From the NCBI GenBank assembly GCA_051362555.1, contig CM120646.1:23808001-23872000 (forward strand): 64,000 nt of DNA, read 5' to 3'. Source of the DNA: Lingula anatina (Eukaryota; Animalia; Brachiopoda). Position 1 is the first letter of the stretch. Each line of letters starts with the position of its first letter. Shown piece after piece: positions 29,910-42,300 of this stretch. A program made the position numbers and the translations under genes. A model generated the notes under the pieces. It worked only from the letters and a program-made list of their open reading frames with translations. It had not been told where the DNA came from and did not search any database.

Positions 29910-32438
29910 ATGAAATGGAATAATGCTGAAGACAGAACGCCGTCCACTACTTCCTGTGTCTTGGATCTCTCACTGCCTGTGTATAGGTAGGTCTGTCTGG
30001 TAACACTCTGGAGGTTCAACGGTGTCTATCATGTAGTCCAGTACTTGCCGTAATACAGGTGTAACAGGAATGGTAGTCCGCGAGGAACCGTAGTATGCTT
30101 ACCATTACTTTGTACAGGTGACAGTCGTCCCATAGACTAACCCCAATACTCCAACTAACCCTTACCCGTACCAATCATATGGGACCCAGGACTTCCATTC
30201 CTTGGACTTGCATTCCTGTCACACCTGGACTGAAGACGGTTAATCAGTTCTTGTTTTCAGTCATCTAATTGAGATTTAAATACCAACTTCATCTTTTCCG
30301 GCGTATCGTTTTTGTGAAAAAGTGGTGGGTTACAACTTTGAACAAAAAACGATTCCTCCAAGTTTACAACAGTGCCTGAGCTCGTTTATATAGGCAAAAC
30401 AAATTATCACGCAGTTACTCCGTTTAATACACTAGTTGAAGGTTTATATCTGGAGAAATCATGGTGTAGTTTAAATGTGGACTTAGCCCCTAAGCGTTTG
30501 ATATTTTTAATTTGGAGAGTTTTGGATGGCTTGGGATCTAGATTTGCTATCATTATGTGCCGTTTAGTAATAATAATAATAACAACAATAACAATAATAA
30601 TTGTTTTTATTGCATTTTAATTTGTATACAGTGCAAGTGTTGGTTTAAAATCCGATGATTGCTGCCGTTTTGCACTTCATGACTGGTCACATTGGAACTA
30701 GGCAAAATTTTTTATCAGAAGACAATGTTCCAGCGTATTCATTTCAGCGTTAATCTCGAGTTTCCCACCCAGTGGTTCTTCTAGCCTTGAGATCCGGGCT
30801 CATCCCCTCCATCCACGTGTTGGTGACCACGTGACACTGACGTGCACGTGGTCAAGTCCTCTGATACCGAGGCGGGACCCAACAGTCGTCAAACCTACAC
30901 TTAGCTTGATGTGGCTCTATAAGAGAGCTTTCCCTGTATTCGGGATTAGAAGGGTTGGTACCGGAGCCCAACACTCAATAGCCAACATACAATTACACGA
31001 AGGAGGGGTTTACATATGTGCTGGTATCAACGGCGAAAAGAAAGTCTCTCAAATCTCTTATAATCTCGTATTAAATACAGAGGGGAATGGTAGAGAAGAG
31101 GTGCTACGTCACGAGTTACGTGGTGACGTATCAACCCAACCTATGACGTCAAACCTCAATACCCCTCTGTTGTCTCATATCAAACGTCGAGCGATCAATT
31201 ACAAAAATATGTATGTTTCTTTATCAACAACAATATACCCAAAGGAGCCTTTCTCAATAACCCCTCCGCCCAACATTGACAGTTATACGAGATATGACTC
31301 ACCAGAGACAAGCGGAAATCTTGAGAATCTACGTGAAGTTAGTATTTTATCTGGCAATAAAACTGGAGATCAGGAAACGACGCCAGGTAAGAAGTTTATT
31401 CACCTTTAAACACTGAGGATGTATTTCATTCCAAGAATATTTCTGTATAAAGACATGAAGATTTCCAGTGGGGTTTGTAATAATTGAAAATACCTTTAGA
31501 AAAATATATATTTCCCTAAATTTCTTTGCACGTTTATTGAGTATTTGCTTTGTATATGATCATGCAGTAAGTTTTAAGTTAACTCAAAAAAAAAAAAAAA
31601 AAAAAAAAAAAGCGCCGTTCGAGTCCATGGAAACGTTGATTAAAGGGGTGAGTTTTGGTCAACCCCTGGAAATAAGGCCGAAGAAGGCATCCTACTTAAG
31701 ATGTGATATATATTATTTCCCTTCCAGCTGGCGGTGACCACAGTGACAAAGCTCTCTACCTGGGGATAGGGTTTGCCTCCGTGGGTACCCTAGCCATACT
31801 GGCTATGATTATAGTTTTAATAAAGGTAACAAGTACTGCAACGTTTTGGAAATTTTTAAAGTAAAACAATATTTTTCTTGATTTGTATTTTATACTTTTT
31901 CAGTCGCCATAAAGCGAAATCTGATAACTAATTTGAATAAAGGAAAAATCAACAATCACACTAAATTATTATGTACATGTATGCATGGAAGATTCAAAGC
32001 ACTCATTTATATTACTGCCACGCAACTTTGCTTTTGACTGACGACCTACGTTGCTACGAATTCTTTCTACTTTTCCCTTTCATATTTCAGTGCGATAGTT
32101 CCAAAATCTATATATGCGACGCCTGCAATAAAAGTCTCCCAGCTATCGGCTGTTTAAAACCCCAACCCAAGAAACGCCGTAGCATTCGTTACAACACCAG
32201 GCAGGTTTCGATAGATCCCTCGACGGTTAGTGAGCCGCAGCCGGTTGAATTCTACCTAGAATCTAGGTCTCGCCATGGCAGCAACGCCACAGAGGCAGCT
32301 CTCCTTTATTACAGAAGACAGTCGTCTGACGTCACGTCTGTGACGTCACCGACTACAACTGACGTCACGTGTCGCAAACAGGGAAAGGGACCGATGCTTT
32401 CTCTACTTGATGTTAAAGAATGTGAGGAAATAGTGTGA
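29910..32438 (+). CDS. Single-Ig-domain type I membrane protein, about 406 aa. Exons 29910-29986, 30059-30117, 30748-31386, 31728-31825, 32091-32438
   Basis: Phase-consistent GT-AG splicing gives 1221 nt. Hydrophobic signal VVCLPLLCTALISSF spans exons 2/3. Ig motif VGDHVTLTC..W..EGGVYIC, then an S/T/P-rich stalk, TM exon LYLGIGFASVGTLAILAMIIVLI and a 115-aa cytoplasmic exon. AATAAA at about 32570. Exon 1 and the start codon are least certain. Confidence 0.8.
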
Positions 32439-33946
32439 TTGTTACGTGTATCTATACATATTCAATATTCTCATGTAATTTTTGATACGCATGGCTACGT
32501 GCTGATCTCATTCAAGGCTAGCACTGACGGTGGAAAGTTTTTTTTCTACGTCTCCACCTATTAACTTTAAATAAAACCAACCAGTAGAGCTTTCGAAACG
32601 GGCAGTACTTAAGACCTCTTAGTTATAAACGAAACATTTTAGAATAGTGAGGCGATATATTATTACTTGTTTCCAAGCTTTGTTTAGTCATTCGTGTGCG
32701 TTCATTTTTGCTTCCTGTTAAACACCGACTGTAGTGACGTAAAATGAAGGGGTGTGAAACGCTGAACAATAACGGCGTTAATATTTTGGACGATAATTTT
32801 AATACTGTAATGAAAAATACATAAAAAAGTGACACCTTGGTTTTTGACATTTATATACATGTAAGTATCAACCAGAATCACAGAAATGAAAAAAAAAAAC
32901 AAAAACAATAAACATTGATGACGACGGGCTGATTCACATGTAGATTTTGGTCGGTTTATGACGGAGCATACGTTACAACAAAACCTCTTCGGCTTTAAGA
33001 TGTTCCGAACAAATATAATTTACAACATGACATAGAAAAGTGTTAACTGCAAATTTTACAAGTGGTGGGAATATATTAACCATAAATTGATCAAAAAGTT
33101 ATGTTAAGTCATGTTTTGATTAATACGCTGAAACAAATGCTTAATACTGGACCCGTCGCACGATACACCTGATGTGCGTGCATCATACATTGTGTAGAAT
33201 CGGACTGTACGTAGAAGACAATATTGTAATGGCAGAATACTTCGTGTTGATAAATATTTAAATTTATATCGATGAAAAGTATTAAGACAATTTAAATTCG
33301 ACGAAAGCTAATTTTACTGTTTGTTCTTTTTACGCAACTTTGCCATCTTTTTCTTTCGCTGGCTCTTTTTACGTCAAACGTGCAGTTGTGCGCAGACAAA
33401 AAAAAAGTAAAAAACAATAATACTATCGTACAACAATTAAATATTAAACACTTTAAACAGAAAACAGACAACAGCCACATAAAGTACATTTGTATGCATA
33501 CGGAGAGACATTATGCAGGCCTACGCTTACGACAGAAACCATTTCAACCGCACGTGTAACTTTCTCTTTGGTCGAGAAACAAGGGGATGACCCAAAATAC
33601 TCTAGTACCGAAATGGATTATAAGCATAGCAGGTAGAATAACGGTTCGATTGAATGATGATATTATTACCCGGTATATTCTGTTCTCAGTGTATTTGGTC
33701 CAACACTACGACGAAAAAAGTGAGTAGTTAAAGGTATACAGCCATTGTTGACTAGAACATTACGTACAGTAGAATGTCCTATTATATTATATGTGGAGCC
33801 ACGCCTAAAAAATATACAATATTATAAATGTGACCTCTTTCTGACTATCAAAGTTAAAATAGAGTCATTATTTGACTAAAACTAGGATAGAAGATAATTT
33901 AGGTCCTAGACTAAAACGTGCGTGATTTTTTCATAACATTTATGAC

Positions 33947-35482
33947 CTAAACGACGCTTATTTTGTCTAAATTGTCTAAGTGATTTGCGGCTTTACGATT
34001 CAAATGAGGACTTCTATGAGGACTTCTCTGAGGACTTCCTCTTCCAGCGTTCATTTCGGTGTCTAGATGGAGTCTGTGTAGGCTGTCCCTGCTGTGGCAG
34101 TGGGTGGAGTGAACAGGAACGTTTTCGGGGATGCATCTCCACATGCGCAGAAGTTCACATCGGAACCGCTTCCCGCTTACGCAGTACAACAAAAAATTGA
34201 TAGAATGGTTGATATAGGTCAATAACAACACGACTGTAGAAACCAGTTTCTGGACAGCTTGTTCCTTCGGCGTTGCTATATTTGCATTCCAATATGGCTC
34301 TACAATCAAATTGATAAAACTCGGACTCGCTAATAAAAGAAAACTGAACGTCACTACGAGAAGCATAATGGTGGTAGACTTCGACCGGAAGTCTTTGTGG
34401 TTGTTGGAATCTTTGCTCTCCCTGTGTTTTCTGATAATGTCCTCAATGATATGTGACGGTCTCCGAGATCCCGTGGGGGTATGGGCGGGAGAGAGGCCGT
34501 TAGGCGGAGAATGACACCCTCCCCCTGTAGGTAACAACTTATTTCTGTTACATTCCTTCGCACCATTGAGGGACTTGGACAAGATTTCCTCCACTTTGCG
34601 TTCCAACGCAGGTGACTGGTCCCTCGTCACCCGCGTTAAAAGAGGCGTTTGCTTCGGAGACAGGGAATTTTTACGTGATCCACTAGTAGATGTGAAATAA
34701 TAGCTTTTGCTGCAAGTACCTGGGGTTTTGATGACTGGCCTACAAGCAACACCCTGAAATTTGGAAGACTTCTGCAACGCTCTTATAATTAATATATTCA
34801 AAATCATCATAAACGTGAATGGCCCCCCAGCGTAGACGCAAAACACCACCCAAGGCAAGACTTTCTTCCAAAAATAAAAGTATTCAGAATCGCAGAAGTG
34901 GTTACACAAGAGTTGTTGTTTGTTGTTATAGTTCAACGTCACGGTCCAGAAGACGTGCAAATTCTTCGCCACGGCACATCCGATTGTCACCGCTAACGCA
35001 ATTTTGGCTCGCTTGGTTGTGCAGTAGCGGTGAGACTTGAAAATGTGGCAAGTTGAAATGTACCTTCCAACCGTCAAACCAACCAATAGCCACGCTGATA
35101 AATCTAAGAATGTATATAAAGTAAAGCGTTGTAGTTTACAGACAGCGTCATGTAAGTTCCTGATGTCGTAACCGCCGTCGTAAACCCTGATCATATGTCG
35201 TGATAGTCCTAGCCACAGGGCGACTGTATCCGAGACCGCTAAAGCTCGCAAAAAGAAACCCGTCCAAGTCCTTAACATGAAAGGTCTCCGTAAAACAAAA
35301 AATGATGTGACATTTCCTATTGTTCCCAGAATTAGCAATATTGGCGGAACGACCTTATTCAGCCACTGGCTGGTCTGGTACTCTATGTGGTTGTCATAAG
35401 GACCAATAGGTCTGTAGATATATTGTGAGTAACAGCTATACTCTTCCCGTGTGTCGTTTATGTAGAAGCTAATATTTTCCAT
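33947..35482 (-). CDS. Class A (rhodopsin-like) peptide GPCR, FMRFamide/sex-peptide-receptor-like orphan, 511 aa, intronless CDS
   Basis: Seven hydrophobic segments. TM1 GN, TM2 LAVSD, Cys before TM3, TVGRY in place of DRY, TM7 NHSINFLLY, helix 8 KRFR, N-terminal N-glycosylation sites (NIS, NDT). The first ATG (aaaATGG) is at 35482; the ORF-track start is GTG. Confidence 0.93.
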   Translation of the reverse strand: MENISFYINDTREEYSCYSQYIYRPIGPYDNHIEYQTSQWLNKVVPPILLILGTIGNVTSFFVLRRPFMLRTWTGFFLRALAVSDTVALWLGLSRHMIRVYDGGYDIRNLHDAVCKLQRFTLYTFLDLSAWLLVGLTVGRYISTCHIFKSHRYCTTKRAKIALAVTIGCAVAKNLHVFWTVTLNYNNKQQLLCNHFCDSEYFYFWKKVLPWVVFCVYAGGPFTFMMILNILIIRALQKSSKFQGVACRPVIKTPGTCSKSYYFTSTSGSRKNSLSPKQTPLLTRVTRDQSPALERKVEEILSKSLNGAKECNRNKLLPTGGGCHSPPNGLSPAHTPTGSRRPSHIIEDIIRKHRESKDSNNHKDFRSKSTTIMLLVVTFSFLLLASPSFINLIVEPYWNANIATPKEQAVQKLVSTVVLLLTYINHSINFLLYCVSGKRFRCELLRMWRCIPENVPVHSTHCHSRDSLHRLHLDTEMNAGRGSPQRSPHRSPHLNRKAANHLDNLDKISVV

Positions 35483-38400
35483 TTTGAGGTGGCTCAGTGT
35501 GACATAATATCTATATTTTCTTGTGAGCCATAGATTGTTCACTGTTTGATCTCTTTGGTGAACTGTCTTGGTTGGTTTCACTTTGATTTATGCCGTCTAT
35601 CTAATGAAGCACTGCTTTTTATATCTCCTACAATGGTACGGCGTTACTGTTTCTATACATTTATAACTCTTCCTGAATATTTAATGTATCGCCTCTTATT
35701 CTTAACCTACCAAACGTGGGCTTGGTTAACTAGAAAGGCCTATTGGTAGTCGTTGTTCCCAGTTCTTATATATGAATCACTGACACGTCTTCACGAAGTA
35801 CTGGAATATCCAATGCTTTATATATTTATGATATATGATAAACGTTGTCTGTCATACTGCTGTGACGTGTAGTGACGTCACTGTTGCTACCTCCACGTTC
35901 CCAAGAGCTCCCAAGATTCATGCGTGTAATCCATTTGAAATACATAGGCGACCAGTTTGAAGGTGCGACAATACATCCAACACCATACTGTACATCTTTA
36001 GCACCTATTTTACGATAATGACTTCGTAGTAAACTGTCCTGCTGGTGTTTTCCAAGATATGAAAATGTGAACGTTGAGACGGCAGGTTCGGTAGTTTAAT
36101 TTTATAACTGTTTGGCAAAACTTTCTTGTACTATTCCATTGGACAGCTTTCTGAGCTGTACTTTGCAGTCACTTTTCTGAATTCTTCTTCTAAATTCTGA
36201 TGATTTTTCTGGAAAGAAACGAAGTTCATACTATCATGGACAATCTGTTAATATGAATATATGAAACTATATTATGCACAGAGGTAAAAAAGAAAAAAAA
36301 AAGAGGAAAGAGATGATACATCGCTATGACAAAGACATGTTAACATGATAGTTGCACAGTGTTATAGGCCTGGCTTCTGCTTACAAAAATGATGAATGAT
36401 GACGTTTGTCTCATTGCCAGTAATGTCGGCCAAGTTGATCAAATCCGCTTCTCTGGCCATTACAGCATGTGTCAGCCATGTTATCATGAGTTTGAAAGAG
36501 TTTAATGTATTAAATTTCTTTCAACACACAATTCAAAATTATGTTTTTTTTTAAACATCAAATATGAAGTCCCCCTTATCATCACCGACTTCAATGTAAT
36601 GAAATGTAGGACTTAGGGTGATAGTGCATATTATTTAACAGTAGATTAAATCATTGCGCGTGGCAACATAAAAGTTTCTCCATAAATGTCTCGGACGCAC
36701 TCAATCTGGGGAACTGTTACTGACTATAAGATAGACGACCGCCCGCCGAGAGAGTTCTATATATACCCGAAATACCACATATCTAGTCAAACGTTTCTAG
36801 ATTTCGTTTGTCTTTAGGTAATTAGGTTCTTAGAAATACCAAACTTCCTGGATTTGCTGACACCTGAGAACTATGTCAGGTGTGGGCGCTGGAACATTAT
36901 CAACGCTGATCGAGGTATTTAGGGTTGTAGGAAGATTGCTGGGTGTCTCCACTAAACATTTATTACCGTTACTCCTGTAGTAAATATATTATTAAAAAGC
37001 TTTGAGCAGTGGCTTATAAATCCCCGCTCAAGTTTCATGAAAGTTACCGACACATTCAGTTTTATTCAATTCAAGTCAGTCAACAGACTCAGCAAACACT
37101 GAATGTAAATATAACGTTACAATAACGTTTAAATAACCAAAAAGCGTTTCGGTAACGTTATTAATGGTAAAACAGTTTCTCTTCATGTTGTGTTATTCAC
37201 AATACAGTTTATTTTCAACTAAATTACCGAAGAATCTTGCTATTATCTAAGTATGTCTGACTGCACCCATGCGCAGACATCTGCTCGTCTAACTAAAATA
37301 TATGAATAACTTTGCTATTTTAATGTTTCTGTTTCTGGCGACACGACATCGGTCAATATTCCCCTTTATCAGACCTCAAGTTCACAAATCTTAGAGCAAA
37401 GTCGACGCTAACCTAACTTCTAATTTAAAGTAAAATCGGATTTATTTCATTACAATACAGCTGGCGTTTTAGATTTTGATGTTAGTGAAATATGCTTGAC
37501 AGCATTCTTTTTGCAACACCAAGGATGCTTTTAAAACGGAAAACCGTCTGGCAAATACAAACATTTGGCAGGCTACTGCGCATGACATATACTAATCACT
37601 TTTTGTGTACCTGCATTTAACGTTCTCATTAGTCTCGTTTTGTATACGCAAGACGCTTGGACCAACATTAAAAATCAATCAATCCAAACCACCCACCCAA
37701 AAACACTAGATCAGACCATTTAGTAAGTGTCTCTATGTATAGTTAATATTGACGGTTCCTAAACTGGTGCCAGCATTTACCATTAACAAACACCACTAAT
37801 GATATTGCAATAAGATACCTGTTTAACAGTGTTTCTTGCCGGCGTTTACGAAGGTGATATGCCATCTGGGTATGTCTGATCGCGATAACCAAACCTTTGC
37901 CTGAGCACCTGCAGCCTCCTGTCGCCCTTGTGCATTACAGGTACTCAGACATAACTATCTTGCAGCCTTAACAGAGCCTCTCTGGCTATTACTTAGATGA
38001 CCCGATAAATAAAAACCAGTCAAGAAATAACGACAGCTTTGTTACTGAAAATAAAGCAAGAACCGCAATGTGCCAAATGTATCTGCAGCTGACTGTATCC
38101 ATATTTTTGCAACCAAATTGATATTATATATTTCTGTATGTGTGTTCTGCTCGCTAATTGTATTGTATACATACATTAATAATGAAATTCTACTACTTAT
38201 ACATCTTCAATGGGACTTAGTTCTTTCTTTTCTATGTTGGTTCCCTCTATAATGTCCCTCAACATGTTTTACAAATTAATCGAAACGTGTAAGTTAGATG
38301 TGATAGGAAATAATGGATTGTGAAATAGTCTCCCACTAATGGTATTACCTAATGGTAAGTAACTGACAAGCCTTATGACTTAGTCATCATGTTTTGTTAT

Positions 38401-39199
38401 CTACGTTTTTTTTTTCTGCTGGCAATAGTGGCATGAACACCAAGCTAGTATTCATCCACATGATGGCGTGAGAGGGAAAACGCAAAACCTATTACAGAAA
38501 TGAATTGCACTGTACACTCGAGATATTCGTCTGGTCGCTATACTCGAAAATATAATTAAGTATGCAATCGGCAAACATGGACACATTTAGCCAGCTTTTG
38601 TAAACGTAAATATCGTGCTATTATCATCATCGCACATCGTTCCTCGATCTTAATGTACATCTAATACATGAGGATATCAAATACTACACATTGATATCAG
38701 TTGACAAATGTTCATCTATTCAGTGGTAAGGTGGACACATGTGATAACCCGTCCATACCAGAATACATCGTCCGTGAATTTGTTAATTGTGTCAATTAAT
38801 CTTTATTAACTTAATGTTCAGCGATGTTTTGAATGGACGCTGATGTTTTAAATGGATGGATGTATTCCATTAGCGTGCAGGGCATTGGCGCACTTAAAAC
38901 AACCGTGAAGGATTGACTGACAGTGACGTAATGACCATATAGTGCACATCATTTATAAATGAAGTAATTTTGACAAAATGTCAACTATTGTGAGTAAATG
39001 CAGCTTATTGTGATGATCCGAACAGAATATGGAACAATTACCCAAATAATAATATTAAGACGTAAGGCACCTACAAATGGGCACCGATCATCAAAGTTAA
39101 TTTTGCATATCAGGGGAATAATTGAAATAGTGTCCAAAACTATGCCTCGTTTCCTTGAGTCGTTTTACCCCCATTTTACCGTCACATTACACCATTCTC

Positions 39200-39351
39200 A
39201 TGCCATCCTCACGCGACAAATACGCCATCCTCACACCACATAACGCCATCCTCACGCGACATTACGCCATCCTCACACCACATTACGCCATCCTCACGCC
39301 ACATTACGCCATCCTCACGCCAATTACGCCATCCTCACGCCACATTACGCC
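39200..39351. repeat. 21-bp minisatellite (ATTACGCCATCCTCACGCCAC), about 7 copies
   Basis: Read directly. It produces the HYAILTP repeats in the spurious ORF. Confidence 0.9.
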
Positions 39352-42300
39352 CGCGATATCCTCGTGATGATGCTTTGCCAGAAATCATCACAATAGAAAA
39401 GTGTGCACGAAATCATCTATACTGTTATTGATGCGATTAATATTATCAACAAAGAAGGTATTTTTTCCTTCCAGCATTTTGTCATATATCAAACCACTAC
39501 CTGTCAAATTGAAGGGTGTTGCTAGCAAGCAAGCACGCAAGCAATAAACAACAATAACAACAGCACAAAAAATAATAATAAAACAAAATGTGTCACGAAT
39601 AGCCCAAACGTTCACGAGATACCGTCTATAACAAAAACTTGGAACCAAATAACACAAAGAGAAGAGCAACATTGAACACCAAGCGGGGGTTAACCAAACC
39701 ATAAATCATAATTGCCAGAAACTATCCATTAAGCAGTAATATTCTGAAAAGCACTAATATGAATAAAACGGTCCACAGAGAGTCGCAATTTTACACATTA
39801 TAGTTTAAATTCCCTACTAATTGTCTATATCGTAATGTCATGCTATAAATCTGTTGTGCAACGGCGTTATTAGAAATTGCAAATACGAAAAGACGGAAAA
39901 TAAAGTTGAATGCAGCTATGGTAGAGTAATAATATGGTGCTAATGCTTAAAAAATAGAAAATGGGTTTATCACACCGCTATCATGAATTTCTTTACCTAA
40001 AATTTTGAACTGTAACTCAGTGGCCGTATGTAAACACAAACCTTTCCGGGTACAGAAACATATACCGTGATAAACAACCTACCTTAGGCACACCGGTCCT
40101 ACTCGTTAATGAACTGTTAGAAACTCATCAAAAGACGCATCTTGCATAGCGAATAACTAAAGCAAGGTGATTTCTACGGCACACTATTCACAACCCGACC
40201 AAAACCGCTCTGTCCGGTAAGAATTTCAAGGCATCAATCTGAACCCTTGATTCTGATAATTCAACACTAGAGGGCGTTCAACGAAGGTGAGGCTACCGGA
40301 GACATATTGTTTTACAAGCTTTCGCTAATGGTATAATCTCAATTGTACACTAAGTTATTGTTTCCTATCAGTATGTCTGTTGGGTCGATAGCGCAGCTTT
40401 GTACGTTCCCCCAATAAAACCTGACTGGATGTACGCTAAAAATGCCTGAGAGGTTCTGAAACGGAACACATCTTTTTCCAGAAACAGCCGCGCCCTTTGG
40501 AGACAAACATTGATCTCCTCTCTGCCTGCCCACATGTCGTATTGACTTCGGAAATGGTTAAGTAGAGGCCCAGTCAGCCCGGGAGACATGAGTTTCTGTC
40601 TGGAAGAACACATTTAATCAACTACTTGGTCAGCCATCAGTGGCCGGGGGAAAGTATGAGATTCTGCCGTGCTTCAGAAACCTATCTAAAATAGAAAAAA
40701 ATGTCTTTTCTCATGGTTGAGTATTTTAGTATCTCTTAATTTGGTCAATCACTTACGGTCCTCGTTTCACAAGCACTACATCCCTGTTACATAGCACAAC
40801 CAATTCAAAAACTGCTTCTTTTTTTCCTCCTAGTTTATGTTTCACATCACCATGGGCAGTTTTCCACACATAAAAGGCACCAACTCTATGTCACCACTGC
40901 CACCGTGGGTTTCAAAATTAACAGGAAACTCAATTCAATCTGGAAACTAGGGGTACACAATGACCATTAATGAACCAATAAGTCTGTGGAGACCACATCC
41001 CACCCCCACCCCATACCCCCACCCCCAGCAGTTGGCGTGACAGGCTGGGATGGATGGATGGATTTACATCAAAAACTGATTAGACGAGTAAAAGGACACG
41101 TTATCCCCAAACGTGTGTTTTGCTGTACAAGGTAGTCAAGTGGGCAATCCTAGTTTCAGAATACACCCCCAGCGTGAAGCAGACACCTGCTTAATCAGCA
41201 GCGTTCTATTTTATCACAACTATTCGCCCTTAATGCATATTAACGGTCGTCCATCACCAAGTCTGTTGTTTTCATTAATTATTCAATGGACCAAATGGTT
41301 AGAGAAAGAACTATTTGCAAAAAGGAAGCGTTCACCCCTATCAAAATGGTAGAATGATTAGAAAAGTTTAATCTCCTAAATTGTTCATTTGAATAAAACA
41401 TTAATGAACTCGGTCTGGTTTTTGTGCATGCTTTTATTGAAATATACAGTATACTTCAATGTCTTTTCGTTCTGTGGGTCTTAAATAATTGAAAATAGCT
41501 TTTCATCTGTGGATGCATGGTGACGTTGTGGCGTAATTTGCTGTCAAGGAAATTAAATAGTTGTACAAGTTGATTCATCAAGGTATAGATCAAAGAACAG
41601 CCTGTCGTACTCATATCGACCAACAGCTTCAAGGCGCACTTCCATTTGAGATGTGTCGGTTATTAGTGAGTAGACCAAAATATTATGATATATAACCATA
41701 GTCCTACGATGACAACTTAAATTTGGTTAGATTCGCATCCCATTGGTCAATAATCACATTCCCACGGTTTGTTGCGATAGCACGAAGTGAACCCGGAACA
41801 GCTAGACTGGAAACGGAGCTTTGAACTGTTCTTGCAGGGTCAGGTTGAAGCACGCAGGGCGAAGATTTTTTACCAAATGATGTGAAATGAAGAGTGGCTA
41901 ACGATAATGCAAAACATGCGATTGCTAAACCATTATTTTCTTTGATCTTGGCGTATAAGGGCACTGGCTACTTCAAAAATATGCGACTTTCCTCTGCAAA
42001 ATTTGCGGTACAGGTAGATAAGGTCAAATATTTATTCCCATCCAGGGTGATTCTATCGGTGTCCTCCTCCCTTTTTAATAGTGATGGCACGCCAGGGTAT
42101 TAAATATAGCACTTATTTCCTAATTACCAGAGTTTATTTTCAGTTTTCCCCTTCGTAACACCAAACCTTAACACCTGCCAGATTTGGGATAAAGATCCGG
42201 TTCCACTACTATTGCCGCCATGAGTGTTTTATATTAATGCTAAGTACCGTGTTATTGGAGCATCTTGATGTATTTCTGTTCAATAAAAAATAATATGTCC

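Noticed and set aside
30125-30190. Small GTCCCATA..TATGGGAC inverted repeat with CTAACCC motifs in the Ig gene intron
   Set aside because: It could be a MITE remnant, but it is too short and has no TSD to support a call.
35483-35581. 33-aa N-terminal extension of the GPCR in the ORF track
   Set aside because: It starts at GTG. The first ATG, in good context, is at 35482.
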